Shown piece after piece: positions 12,602-24,263 of a stretch of DNA of 64,000 bases. The position numbers and the translations under genes were made by a program. The stretch covers positions 116,250,001-116,314,000 of the forward strand of contig OZ024743.1 in assembly GCA_964016885.1 (NCBI GenBank), in the 5' to 3' direction. Under the pieces are notes generated by a model. It worked only from the letters and a program-made list of their open reading frames with translations, had not been told where the DNA came from and did no database searches. Source of the stretch: Eledone cirrhosa. Taxonomy: Eukaryota. Numbering within the stretch: the stretch's first letter is position 1; each line of letters opens with the position of its first letter.

Positions 12602-15600
12602 TTAATTGTAAGTTGTGATGTTGCTGTTCCACTCATATTTTCTATTTAATTTTGGTTTTAATTCTTTTATGCTTACTGCCTCTGTAATTTGCCTAAACAT
12701 TGCGTCTTTCTTGTGTGTGGATTCTATTTTTATTTCTATGCTCTCTAATTTACCCCTGTGTTCTATCTTAGCATGTTGGTAGAGCACAGATGATTCTTTA
12801 CTATCTTGGAGGTCTCGCCAGTGTTCATTTATTCGTTCCCCTATACTACGAGCTGTCTCACCTATGTACACTATATTTTTGTTTCTACATTGTCCCTCAG
12901 TACATCTTATGCTATATACTACATTTCTAGTTTTACAGTTAATATGGGGGCTTATTTTACAGGTTATACATTTCTTATCTATACATGAGGGTCTTTGGAA
13001 CGGGTATGTCTTGCTAATAAGTGTTTTTACGGAGGTACCAGGTCTTTCTACTATCTTAATATTGAGATTATGTTTCTTTAGGGCCCTTCTAAATTTGTAG
13101 GCTAGTTCACCTCTAGGGGTTGTATTGATGAACATTACACTCTGGTATTTATTGCTATCATACCATGAGTTTATTCTATTGGCCTTGTTCTTAGTTCTTT
13201 CTATTCTATTCCAAAATTTGCTCCTATACAAGGGGCAGGTCCCATTTATGTCATTATTTACCATTTTTTCCCATTTGGTTCTGGCTCCTTTATACACTCT
13301 GATTCTATCTCTCTGATTGTAGCCAGAGAACTGCATACGGTGGATGAAGTGTTGTATGTGTCTCTCTAGTTCTTCGGGGTTGCACATGCGGGACACATTT
13401 CTCATCACCCGTATCAAATCCGCAATCAGTATGTTGATTTTGGTATGGTCCGAAATGGCCGAGTTTCGGTGGATCAGATGTTTGGAAGTCATGGGTTTGG
13501 CATAATGGGAATGGAGGATTTGTTTTTGGTTGTTAATAGTATCTAACCAGAGCTCTGTGTCTAGTACAGGTAATCGATGGTTGGGGTGTCTACTTGGGTA
13601 GTCTATAGTAACTCTAATGCTCTGGTGGATGGAGTTTGCTATTTGCTGGATGCTTTCCATTGTGTTTTTCTCAGGTTCCTGACTGTTCTTTAGTGGGGGT
13701 GTCTTAACTACGATGTTTATATCATCTACGTAGCGGGAGTACATTATCAGGGTTAATCTGTCTTCTAATTGTTCTTTAAGTTTTTGTTTAAGTCTACTGT
13801 CCCACCATACCATGAACAAGTTAGCTATGTCGCCTGCAATGCTAACACCAATGGCTGCTCCTTCCTCTTGGGCATATGTTTTACCATTAAATTTGAACAT
13901 ATGTTCCTTAAGGGTTAATTTTATGCTGGCCCCTACCGCATGTGCAATCATTTTCTTCAGTTCATCGTGGTTTTCGGGTGTCTGTATGGCTCTGGTCCAC
14001 CCGTTCCATCTATCTGTGTGGGTTTTCTTGGCCATTGAGGTAATGGTAGGTGGTCTGCCTCTTGCTGGTCTTGTAGGGCACAGGTTGCTAAGGTCATAAG
14101 TGTCTAGGTAACTATTACTATGGGTAAGCTTAAGTAGAAGTCCCAGCTCACTGGTATCAATCCCACGGAACTCAACCTTGCTCTCGCTGATCATTTCGAC
14201 GCATTTCTCCACAGCAAAATCCACGTCAATAGATGGATACAGGGACACAACATCCATACTGCCTATTATGCAGTTTGTTAGGTCCCCAGATCGGTTACCC
14301 GCGTCGATTCTGCTGAGGAGGTCCTCCGTGCTGTCACACACATCTGGGGACATCTCAATGATGGGGCGTATGATCAGGGAGAGGAAGTAGGACAGTCTGT
14401 AGTTACTAGCAATGTTAGCCCCACAGACTGGCCGTGTTGGTGGTCCCGCGACAGGGTCCCAGCCCGTTTTATGGTCTTTTCGAAGCCCATACAACGCCGG
14501 CACGTCATTGTTCCAGGCCTGGAAGTTGTTGGCAGTCCTTTTGTTGGGCTGCATTATATTTGTCCACATCACCATATGGGCATTGAGGGTTTTTTCTCTG
14601 TCCTCATGCTCCTGTGGTGTTACCTCTCTTGTGTTAGTGATGTGGGGTTGCATTGCCTGGATGTAGTTTGGCAGGCTGTCAACCGACATTCTGCCAGACT
14701 TGTCTGTTGGAAAGCATGCTATCTCTCCATTACGCGAGCGCTGCATGAGCTTACGCAAGCCATTTGCAGATTCTTCTCCCAGTTGCTGGGCCTCTATTCT
14801 ATTATGCTTCTTGCTATACTGTTCTATAATATTTCTAAGTTCGGATTTAGCTATACTAAATTGTGCTTCTGTTTGTTCATCGACCTGCGACGGCAACTGC
14901 GTGCGTTTGTTAAATGGCAAAGTCGTGGCGTGGACTCGTCGTAGGTCGAATGATTTATCGGAGTGGTTATAAAACGGAGAGTTCCAGGCTGCTGCTTTAT
15001 GTGTACTTGCGCTATTGTTAGTTGTGTTGTTTCTATTTCCACCAACAGCAGCAGCCTCAGCTTCATGGTTGTTTCTATGTCTCTCATAATTACTCCTGTC
15101 TCTTTCCACTGGCTCAATGTTGTTATCTACCCTATTTTGTGTGTCTGTGTGTTCGTCTTGGTTATTCTCTTTGTCCTTAGTCTCCCTACTCCTTTTAATC
15201 CTATTACTTTCTCTTATTTCTCTGATTTCTGTGCTACTGTCATTACTTGTTTTCTGTGTCTGTGTGTTTGTTAAGATTGTAGTGGTGGTGAGAGGCATTG
15301 AATGTGTGTGTGTTGTTGTTGTTGATGTGTGTTGTTGTTGATGTGTGTTGTTGTCTCCGTGTGTGTGTGTGTTATCGTTGTTGTGTGTGTTGTTATTGTT
15401 GTTTGTGTTTGCGTGTCTGTTGTTGTTGTATCTGGGTATGTTGCTGTTGTTGTTGTTGTTGATGTGTGTGTTGTTGTTATTGTTGTCTCCGTGTGTGTTG
15501 TTATTGTTGTTTGTGTCTGCGTGTCTGTTGTATCTGGGTATGTTGCTATTGTTGGTATTGTATCTGGGTATGTTGCTATTGTTGTTGTTATTGTTTGTGT

Positions 15601-16405
15601 CTGTGTGTCTGTTGTTGTTGGGATGTGTGTTGTATATGTGTGTGCGTATATTGTTGCTTTTGTTTTTGTTTTTGATGCTCCAGCGTAGTTTCGTAAATGA
15701 TTTTTCTATTTCTGACAGACAACTAATCATATTTACCTTCTTGAATGTCGCAAATTTGGGTGGCAAACGTAACACAGACATTTCATTATTGTCTATTTTC
15801 GTGTTTCCATAAATGTTGGTATTTTCATTGTTGAACTCTTCAGATAATGAGGTGTCGGCCATGTTGATACCGTCAATTTTGTCGGGATATCTATTGGTAT
15901 ACTCTATAGTATCCCGATTTAGCTTTGCCTGTTTAAGCCACTTTAATTTTCTGTTAAAGTGCTTATTACATTCTTGAGTAATGTACTGTTCTTCGGGGCG
16001 TATAAGGCTTATAAATGTTAGTTTTTCTGCTGGTGTGGTGATTTTAGATATTTCATCTATTAGGTTACGCTTTAGTTTTTCTTGATGACTTAATTCTCTA
16101 TAGATCTTCTTTTTTATGTTTAGAATTAAAGTTCGTTTTAGCCTATCTGCTTGTTTTTTGGTGAGTTGTAATCTTCTAACGTCGGTATTGATGGTGTTGG
16201 TGTAGATTCTAGAAGTGGTGCACAGTTTTATGAAGTGTAGTTGTCGAGATGTTATGGTTTTTCGTAGACAACAGAACATGGTGGTTTTCAGTATCTTGTT
16301 AGCCTGGCTAAGGCTTACGATATTTCGTTTCTGAATTTGTTTAGCAAGATTCTTTATCTGAAATCGTGTGTTGAAACCGATATTGTTATACTTTGGGAGG
16401 GTCAT
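12602..16405 (-). CDS. PLE polyprotein (RT + GIY-YIG endonuclease), 1267 aa, intact
   Basis: First ATG gives MTLPKY. Motifs DKSG, LYGLRKDHK, SMDVVSLYPSI, YAQEEGAAIG, RYVDD, LPVLD, CIDKKCITC and VVYSIRC..YIGET.RS..ER..EH. Confidence 0.95.
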   Translation of the reverse strand: MTLPKYNNIGFNTRFQIKNLAKQIQKRNIVSLSQANKILKTTMFCCLRKTITSRQLHFIKLCTTSRIYTNTINTDVRRLQLTKKQADRLKRTLILNIKKKIYRELSHQEKLKRNLIDEISKITTPAEKLTFISLIRPEEQYITQECNKHFNRKLKWLKQAKLNRDTIEYTNRYPDKIDGINMADTSLSEEFNNENTNIYGNTKIDNNEMSVLRLPPKFATFKKVNMISCLSEIEKSFTKLRWSIKNKNKSNNIRTHIYNTHPNNNRHTDTNNNNNNSNIPRYNTNNSNIPRYNRHADTNNNNNTHGDNNNNNTHINNNNNSNIPRYNNNRHANTNNNNNTHNNDNTHTHGDNNTHQQQHTSTTTTHTHSMPLTTTTILTNTQTQKTSNDSSTEIREIRESNRIKRSRETKDKENNQDEHTDTQNRVDNNIEPVERDRSNYERHRNNHEAEAAAVGGNRNNTTNNSASTHKAAAWNSPFYNHSDKSFDLRRVHATTLPFNKRTQLPSQVDEQTEAQFSIAKSELRNIIEQYSKKHNRIEAQQLGEESANGLRKLMQRSRNGEIACFPTDKSGRMSVDSLPNYIQAMQPHITNTREVTPQEHEDREKTLNAHMVMWTNIMQPNKRTANNFQAWNNDVPALYGLRKDHKTGWDPVAGPPTRPVCGANIASNYRLSYFLSLIIRPIIEMSPDVCDSTEDLLSRIDAGNRSGDLTNCIIGSMDVVSLYPSIDVDFAVEKCVEMISESKVEFRGIDTSELGLLLKLTHSNSYLDTYDLSNLCPTRPARGRPPTITSMAKKTHTDRWNGWTRAIQTPENHDELKKMIAHAVGASIKLTLKEHMFKFNGKTYAQEEGAAIGVSIAGDIANLFMVWWDSRLKQKLKEQLEDRLTLIMYSRYVDDINIVVKTPPLKNSQEPEKNTMESIQQIANSIHQSIRVTIDYPSRHPNHRLPVLDTELWLDTINNQKQILHSHYAKPMTSKHLIHRNSAISDHTKINILIADLIRVMRNVSRMCNPEELERHIQHFIHRMQFSGYNQRDRIRVYKGARTKWEKMVNNDINGTCPLYRSKFWNRIERTKNKANRINSWYDSNKYQSVMFINTTPRGELAYKFRRALKKHNLNIKIVERPGTSVKTLISKTYPFQRPSCIDKKCITCKISPHINCKTRNVVYSIRCTEGQCRNKNIVYIGETARSIGERINEHWRDLQDSKESSVLYQHAKIEHRGKLESIEIKIESTHKKDAMFRQITEAVSIKELKPKLNRKYEWNSNITTYN

Positions 16406-16538
16406 GTTGCCAATAAGAAACACACGCACCAGTTGCTTTCACTTCAATTTAATTTAATATATATTTATAAATTTACAAATTTATAAATTTCTGGTTGGTT
16501 GGTTGGTTCCACAACCAGATAGTTGTTTATATATATAT

Positions 16539-16583
16539 AGTCATAGTTCTTTCGTCACACACTCTGTGACCTCTTCAGTGACT
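16539..16583 (-). ncRNA. Minimal type I hammerhead ribozyme (PLE unit 2)
   Basis: Identical to 12253-12297. Confidence 0.85.
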
Positions 16584-16887
16584 GGGGATTTCTTCCTTCG
16601 TTTCTGTGCCTTTCCTTTCTTCTATCCTACGCCATTTTGTTTGTGTGTGGGTTGCGTGCTCAGTTTGCGCATGCGCCACATCCGGGTGTCTGTGTGTGTT
16701 TGTGTTCATTTTTCTATTTTTCTATTTTTATATTTATATTTGTTTGTTTATTTATTTATTTATTGTTGGTTGGTTGTTTGTTCTATGTGTGTGTGTGTTT
16801 TCATTTTGTCTTGTGTGTGTTTTCATTTTGTGTGTGTTTTCAATTGTAAGTTGTTTATATATGTGTGTGTGTGTTTTCATTTTGTCC

Positions 16888-19800
16888 TTAATTGTAAGTT
16901 GTGATGTTGCTGTTCCACTCATATTTTCTATTTAATTTTGGTTTTAATTCTTTTATGCTTACTGCCTCTGTAATTTGCCTAAACATTGCGTCTTTCTTGT
17001 GTGTGGATTCTATTTTTATTTCTATGCTCTCTAATTTACCCCTGTGTTCTATCTTAGCATGTTGGTAGAGCACAGATGATTCTTTACTATCTTGGAGGTC
17101 TCGCCAGTGTTCATTTATTCGTTCCCCTATACTACGAGCTGTCTCACCTATGTACACTATATTTTTGTTTCTACATTGTCCCTCAGTACATCTTATGCTA
17201 TATACTACATTTCTAGTTTTACAGTTAATATGGGGGCTTATTTTACAGGTTATACATTTCTTATCTATACATGAGGGTCTTTGGAACGGGTATGTCTTGC
17301 TAATAAGTGTTTTTACGGAGGTACCAGGTCTTTCTACTATCTTAATATTGAGATTATGTTTCTTTAGGGCCCTTCTAAATTTGTAGGCTAGTTCACCTCT
17401 AGGGGTTGTATTGATGAACATTACACTCTGGTATTTATTGCTATCATACCATGAGTTTATTCTATTGGCCTTGTTCTTAGTTCTTTCTATTCTATTCCAA
17501 AATTTGCTCCTATACAAGGGGCAGGTCCCATTTATGTCATTATTTACCATTTTTTCCCATTTGGTTCTGGCTCCTTTATACACTCTGATTCTATCTCTCT
17601 GATTGTAGCCAGAGAACTGCATACGGTGGATGAAGTGTTGTATGTGTCTCTCTAGTTCTTCGGGGTTGCACATGCGGGACACATTTCTCATCACCCGTAT
17701 CAAATCCGCAATCAGTATGTTGATTTTGGTATGGTCCGAAATGGCCGAGTTTCGGTGGATCAGATGTTTGGAAGTCATGGGTTTGGCATAATGGGAATGG
17801 AGGATTTGTTTTTGGTTGTTAATAGTATCTAACCAGAGCTCTGTGTCTAGTACAGGTAATCGATGGTTGGGGTGTCTACTTGGGTAGTCTATAGTAACTC
17901 TAATGCTCTGGTGGATGGAGTTTGCTATTTGCTGGATGCTTTCCATTGTGTTTTTCTCAGGTTCCTGACTGTTCTTTAGTGGGGGTGTCTTAACTACGAT
18001 GTTTATATCATCTACGTAGCGGGAGTACATTATCAGGGTTAATCTGTCTTCTAATTGTTCTTTAAGTTTTTGTTTAAGTCTACTGTCCCACCATACCATG
18101 AACAAGTTAGCTATGTCGCCTGCAATGCTAACACCAATGGCTGCTCCTTCCTCTTGGGCATATGTTTTACCATTAAATTTGAACATATGTTCCTTAAGGG
18201 TTAATTTTATGCTGGCCCCTACCGCATGTGCAATCATTTTCTTCAGTTCATCGTGGTTTTCGGGTGTCTGTATGGCTCTGGTCCACCCGTTCCATCTATC
18301 TGTGTGGGTTTTCTTGGCCATTGAGGTAATGGTAGGTGGTCTGCCTCTTGCTGGTCTTGTAGGGCACAGGTTGCTAAGGTCATAAGTGTCTAGGTAACTA
18401 TTACTATGGGTAAGCTTAAGTAGAAGTCCCAGCTCACTGGTATCAATCCCACGGAACTCAACCTTGCTCTCGCTGATCATTTCGACGCATTTCTCCACAG
18501 CAAAATCCACGTCAATAGATGGATACAGGGACACAACATCCATACTGCCTATTATGCAGTTTGTTAGGTCCCCAGATCGGTTACCCGCGTCGATTCTGCT
18601 GAGGAGGTCCTCCGTGCTGTCACACACATCTGGGGACATCTCAATGATGGGGCGTATGATCAGGGAGAGGAAGTAGGACAGTCTGTAGTTACTAGCAATG
18701 TTAGCCCCACAGACTGGCCGTGTTGGTGGTCCCGCGACAGGGTCCCAGCCCGTTTTATGGTCTTTTCGAAGCCCATACAACGCCGGCACGTCATTGTTCC
18801 AGGCCTGGAAGTTGTTGGCAGTCCTTTTGTTGGGCTGCATTATATTTGTCCACATCACCATATGGGCATTGAGGGTTTTTTCTCTGTCCTCATGCTCCTG
18901 TGGTGTTACCTCTCTTGTGTTAGTGATGTGGGGTTGCATTGCCTGGATGTAGTTTGGCAGGCTGTCAACCGACATTCTGCCAGACTTGTCTGTTGGAAAG
19001 CATGCTATCTCTCCATTACGCGAGCGCTGCATGAGCTTACGCAAGCCATTTGCAGATTCTTCTCCCAGTTGCTGGGCCTCTATTCTATTATGCTTCTTGC
19101 TATACTGTTCTATAATATTTCTAAGTTCGGATTTAGCTATACTAAATTGTGCTTCTGTTTGTTCATCGACCTGCGACGGCAACTGCGTGCGTTTGTTAAA
19201 TGGCAAAGTCGTGGCGTGGACTCGTCGTAGGTCGAATGATTTATCGGAGTGGTTATAAAACGGAGAGTTCCAGGCTGCTGCTTTATGTGTACTTGCGCTA
19301 TTGTTAGTTGTGTTGTTTCTATTTCCACCAACAGCAGCAGCCTCAGCTTCATGGTTGTTTCTATGTCTCTCATAATTACTCCTGTCTCTTTCCACTGGCT
19401 CAATGTTGTTATCTACCCTATTTTGTGTGTCTGTGTGTTCGTCTTGGTTATTCTCTTTGTCCTTAGTCTCCCTACTCCTTTTAATCCTATTACTTTCTCT
19501 TATTTCTCTGATTTCTGTGCTACTGTCATTACTTGTTTTCTGTGTCTGTGTGTTTGTTAAGATTGTAGTGGTGGTGAGAGGCATTGAATGTGTGTGTGTT
19601 GTTGTTGTTGATGTGTGTTGTTGTTGATGTGTGTTGTTGTCTCCGTGTGTGTGTGTGTTATCGTTGTTGTGTGTGTTGTTATTGTTGTTTGTGTTTGCGT
19701 GTCTGTTGTTGTTGTATCTGGGTATGTTGCTGTTGTTGTTGTTGTTGATGTGTGTGTTGTTGTTATTGTTGTCTCCGTGTGTGTTGTTATTGTTGTTTGT

Positions 19801-20691
19801 GTCTGCGTGTCTGTTGTATCTGGGTATGTTGCTATTGTTGGTATTGTATCTGGGTATGTTGCTATTGTTGTTGTTATTGTTTGTGTCTGTGTGTCTGTTG
19901 TTGTTGGGATGTGTGTTGTATATGTGTGTGCGTATATTGTTGCTTTTGTTTTTGTTTTTGATGCTCCAGCGTAGTTTCGTAAATGATTTTTCTATTTCTG
20001 ACAGACAACTAATCATATTTACCTTCTTGAATGTCGCAAATTTGGGTGGCAAACGTAACACAGACATTTCATTATTGTCTATTTTCGTGTTTCCATAAAT
20101 GTTGGTATTTTCATTGTTGAACTCTTCAGATAATGAGGTGTCGGCCATGTTGATACCGTCAATTTTGTCGGGATATCTATTGGTATACTCTATAGTATCC
20201 CGATTTAGCTTTGCCTGTTTAAGCCACTTTAATTTTCTGTTAAAGTGCTTATTACATTCTTGAGTAATGTACTGTTCTTCGGGGCGTATAAGGCTTATAA
20301 ATGTTAGTTTTTCTGCTGGTGTGGTGATTTTAGATATTTCATCTATTAGGTTACGCTTTAGTTTTTCTTGATGACTTAATTCTCTATAGATCTTCTTTTT
20401 TATGTTTAGAATTAAAGTTCGTTTTAGCCTATCTGCTTGTTTTTTGGTGAGTTGTAATCTTCTAACGTCGGTATTGATGGTGTTGGTGTAGATTCTAGAA
20501 GTGGTGCACAGTTTTATGAAGTGTAGTTGTCGAGATGTTATGGTTTTTCGTAGACAACAGAACATGGTGGTTTTCAGTATCTTGTTAGCCTGGCTAAGGC
20601 TTACGATATTTCGTTTCTGAATTTGTTTAGCAAGATTCTTTATCTGAAATCGTGTGTTGAAACCGATATTGTTATACTTTGGGAGGGTCAT
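16888..20691 (-). CDS. PLE polyprotein (RT + GIY-YIG), 1267 aa, intact
   Basis: Same protein as 12602-16405. The ATG lies 10 nt from the inversion junction. Confidence 0.93.
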   Translation of the reverse strand: MTLPKYNNIGFNTRFQIKNLAKQIQKRNIVSLSQANKILKTTMFCCLRKTITSRQLHFIKLCTTSRIYTNTINTDVRRLQLTKKQADRLKRTLILNIKKKIYRELSHQEKLKRNLIDEISKITTPAEKLTFISLIRPEEQYITQECNKHFNRKLKWLKQAKLNRDTIEYTNRYPDKIDGINMADTSLSEEFNNENTNIYGNTKIDNNEMSVLRLPPKFATFKKVNMISCLSEIEKSFTKLRWSIKNKNKSNNIRTHIYNTHPNNNRHTDTNNNNNNSNIPRYNTNNSNIPRYNRHADTNNNNNTHGDNNNNNTHINNNNNSNIPRYNNNRHANTNNNNNTHNNDNTHTHGDNNTHQQQHTSTTTTHTHSMPLTTTTILTNTQTQKTSNDSSTEIREIRESNRIKRSRETKDKENNQDEHTDTQNRVDNNIEPVERDRSNYERHRNNHEAEAAAVGGNRNNTTNNSASTHKAAAWNSPFYNHSDKSFDLRRVHATTLPFNKRTQLPSQVDEQTEAQFSIAKSELRNIIEQYSKKHNRIEAQQLGEESANGLRKLMQRSRNGEIACFPTDKSGRMSVDSLPNYIQAMQPHITNTREVTPQEHEDREKTLNAHMVMWTNIMQPNKRTANNFQAWNNDVPALYGLRKDHKTGWDPVAGPPTRPVCGANIASNYRLSYFLSLIIRPIIEMSPDVCDSTEDLLSRIDAGNRSGDLTNCIIGSMDVVSLYPSIDVDFAVEKCVEMISESKVEFRGIDTSELGLLLKLTHSNSYLDTYDLSNLCPTRPARGRPPTITSMAKKTHTDRWNGWTRAIQTPENHDELKKMIAHAVGASIKLTLKEHMFKFNGKTYAQEEGAAIGVSIAGDIANLFMVWWDSRLKQKLKEQLEDRLTLIMYSRYVDDINIVVKTPPLKNSQEPEKNTMESIQQIANSIHQSIRVTIDYPSRHPNHRLPVLDTELWLDTINNQKQILHSHYAKPMTSKHLIHRNSAISDHTKINILIADLIRVMRNVSRMCNPEELERHIQHFIHRMQFSGYNQRDRIRVYKGARTKWEKMVNNDINGTCPLYRSKFWNRIERTKNKANRINSWYDSNKYQSVMFINTTPRGELAYKFRRALKKHNLNIKIVERPGTSVKTLISKTYPFQRPSCIDKKCITCKISPHINCKTRNVVYSIRCTEGQCRNKNIVYIGETARSIGERINEHWRDLQDSKESSVLYQHAKIEHRGKLESIEIKIESTHKKDAMFRQITEAVSIKELKPKLNRKYEWNSNITTYN

Positions 20692-20701
20692 GTTGCCAAT
20701 A

Positions 20702-23700
20702 TGGAGCATCAAAAACAAAAACAAAAGCAACAATATACGCACACACATATACAACACACATCCCAACAACAACAGACACACAGACACAAACAATAACAAC
20801 AACAATAGCAACATACCCAGATACAATACCAACAATAGCAACATACCCAGATACAACAGACACGCAGACACAAACAACAATAACAACACACACGGAGACA
20901 ACAATAACAACAACACACACATCAACAACAACAACAACAGCAACATACCCAGATACAACAACAACAGACACGCAAACACAAACAACAATAACAACACACA
21001 CAACAACGATAACACACACACACACGGAGACAACAACACACATCAACAACAACACACATCAACAACAACAACACACACACATTCAATGCCTCTCACCACC
21101 ACTACAATCTTAACAAACACACAGACACAGAAAACAAGTAATGACAGTAGCACAGAAATCAGAGAAATAAGAGAAAGTAATAGGATTAAAAGGAGTAGGG
21201 AGACTAAGGACAAAGAGAATAACCAAGACGAACACACAGACACACAAAATAGGGTAGATAACAACATTGAGCCAGTGGAAAGAGACAGGAGTAATTATGA
21301 GAGACATAGAAACAACCATGAAGCTGAGGCTGCTGCTGTTGGTGGAAATAGAAACAACACAACTAACAATAGCGCAAGTACACATAAAGCAGCAGCCTGG
21401 AACTCTCCGTTTTATAACCACTCCGATAAATCATTCGACCTACGACGAGTCCACGCCACGACTTTGCCATTTAACAAACGCACGCAGTTGCCGTCGCAGG
21501 TCGATGAACAAACAGAAGCACAATTTAGTATAGCTAAATCCGAACTTAGAAATATTATAGAACAGTATAGCAAGAAGCATAATAGAATAGAGGCCCAGCA
21601 ACTGGGAGAAGAATCTGCAAATGGCTTGCGTAAGCTCATGCAGCGCTCGCGTAATGGAGAGATAGCATGCTTTCCAACAGACAAGTCTGGCAGAATGTCG
21701 GTTGACAGCCTGCCAAACTACATCCAGGCAATGCAACCCCACATCACTAACACAAGAGAGGTAACACCACAGGAGCATGAGGACAGAGAAAAAACCCTCA
21801 ATGCCCATATGGTGATGTGGACAAATATAATGCAGCCCAACAAAAGGACTGCCAACAACTTCCAGGCCTGGAACAATGACGTGCCGGCGTTGTATGGGCT
21901 TCGAAAAGACCATAAAACGGGCTGGGACCCTGTCGCGGGACCACCAACACGGCCAGTCTGTGGGGCTAACATTGCTAGTAACTACAGACTGTCCTACTTC
22001 CTCTCCCTGATCATACGCCCCATCATTGAGATGTCCCCAGATGTGTGTGACAGCACGGAGGACCTCCTCAGCAGAATCGACGCGGGTAACCGATCTGGGG
22101 ACCTAACAAACTGCATAATAGGCAGTATGGATGTTGTGTCCCTGTATCCATCTATTGACGTGGATTTTGCTGTGGAGAAATGCGTCGAAATGATCAGCGA
22201 GAGCAAGGTTGAGTTCCGTGGGATTGATACCAGTGAGCTGGGACTTCTACTTAAGCTTACCCATAGTAATAGTTACCTAGACACTTATGACCTTAGCAAC
22301 CTGTGCCCTACAAGACCAGCAAGAGGCAGACCACCTACCATTACCTCAATGGCCAAGAAAACCCACACAGATAGATGGAACGGGTGGACCAGAGCCATAC
22401 AGACACCCGAAAACCACGATGAACTGAAGAAAATGATTGCACATGCGGTAGGGGCCAGCATAAAATTAACCCTTAAGGAACATATGTTCAAATTTAATGG
22501 TAAAACATATGCCCAAGAGGAAGGAGCAGCCATTGGTGTTAGCATTGCAGGCGACATAGCTAACTTGTTCATGGTATGGTGGGACAGTAGACTTAAACAA
22601 AAACTTAAAGAACAATTAGAAGACAGATTAACCCTGATAATGTACTCCCGCTACGTAGATGATATAAACATCGTAGTTAAGACACCCCCACTAAAGAACA
22701 GTCAGGAACCTGAGAAAAACACAATGGAAAGCATCCAGCAAATAGCAAACTCCATCCACCAGAGCATTAGAGTTACTATAGACTACCCAAGTAGACACCC
22801 CAACCATCGATTACCTGTACTAGACACAGAGCTCTGGTTAGATACTATTAACAACCAAAAACAAATCCTCCATTCCCATTATGCCAAACCCATGACTTCC
22901 AAACATCTGATCCACCGAAACTCGGCCATTTCGGACCATACCAAAATCAACATACTGATTGCGGATTTGATACGGGTGATGAGAAATGTGTCCCGCATGT
23001 GCAACCCCGAAGAACTAGAGAGACACATACAACACTTCATCCACCGTATGCAGTTCTCTGGCTACAATCAGAGAGATAGAATCAGAGTGTATAAAGGAGC
23101 CAGAACCAAATGGGAAAAAATGGTAAATAATGACATAAATGGGACCTGCCCCTTGTATAGGAGCAAATTTTGGAATAGAATAGAAAGAACTAAGAACAAG
23201 GCCAATAGAATAAACTCATGGTATGATAGCAATAAATACCAGAGTGTAATGTTCATCAATACAACCCCTAGAGGTGAACTAGCCTACAAATTTAGAAGGG
23301 CCCTAAAGAAACATAATCTCAATATTAAGATAGTAGAAAGACCTGGTACCTCCGTAAAAACACTTATTAGCAAGACATACCCGTTCCAAAGACCCTCATG
23401 TATAGATAAGAAATGTATAACCTGTAAAATAAGCCCCCATATTAACTGTAAAACTAGAAATGTAGTATATAGCATAAGATGTACTGAGGGACAATGTAGA
23501 AACAAAAATATAGTGTACATAGGTGAGACAGCTCGTAGTATAGGGGAACGAATAAATGAACACTGGCGAGACCTCCAAGATAGTAAAGAATCATCTGTGC
23601 TCTACCAACATGCTAAGATAGAACACAGGGGTAAATTAGAGAGCATAGAAATAAAAATAGAATCCACACACAAGAAAGACGCAATGTTTAGGCAAATTAC

Positions 23701-23767
23701 AGAGGCAGTAAGCATAAAGAATTAAAACCAAAATTAAATAGAAAATATGAGTGGAACAGCAACATCA
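20702..23767 (+). pseudogene. 5'-truncated PLE ORF (unit 3) with a 1-bp deletion near the C-terminus
   Basis: Begins at WSIKNKN. ATAAAG instead of ATAAAAG at ~23716 gives a premature stop at 23725. Confidence 0.9.
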
Positions 23768-24085
23768 CAACTTACAATTAAGGACAAAATGAAAACACAC
23801 ACACACATATATAAACAACTTACAATTGAAAACACACACAAAATGAAAACACACACAAGACAAAATGAAAACACACACACACATAGAACAAACAACCAAC
23901 CAACAATAAATAAATAAATAAACAAACAAATATAAATATAAAAATAGAAAAATAGAAAAATGAACACAAACACACACAGACACCCGGATGTGGCGCATGC
24001 GCAAACTGAGCACGCAACCCACACACAAACAAAATGGCGTAGGATAGAAGAAAGGAAAGGCACAGAAACGAAGGAAGAAATCCCC

Positions 24086-24130
24086 AGTCACTGAAGAGGT
24101 CACAGAGTGTGTGACGAAAGAACTATGACT
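24086..24130 (+). ncRNA. Minimal type I hammerhead ribozyme (PLE unit 3)
   Basis: Same motif. Predicted cleavage after CUA at 24125. Confidence 0.85.
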
Positions 24131-24263
24131 ATATATATATAAACAACTATCTGGTTGTGGAACCAACCAACCAACCAGAAATTTATAAATTTGTAAATTT
24201 ATAAATATATATTAAATTAAATTGAAGTGAAAGCAACTGGTGCGTGTGTTTCTTATTGGCAAC

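Noticed and set aside
12217-12649. Antisense ORFs over the pseudo-LTR (133, 109 and 70 aa)
   Set aside because: TG-rich low-complexity sequence, mostly non-ATG starts; recurrence only reflects unit duplication.
15329-15812. Leu/Val/Cys-rich membrane-like ORFs in every unit
   Set aside because: Antisense reading of the AAC/CA low-complexity tract.
16888-21039. 1383-aa ORF with a hydrophobic N-terminal extension
   Set aside because: Chance in-frame fusion across the inversion junction with the antisense of the Asn tract, using a non-ATG start. The likely real start is 20691.
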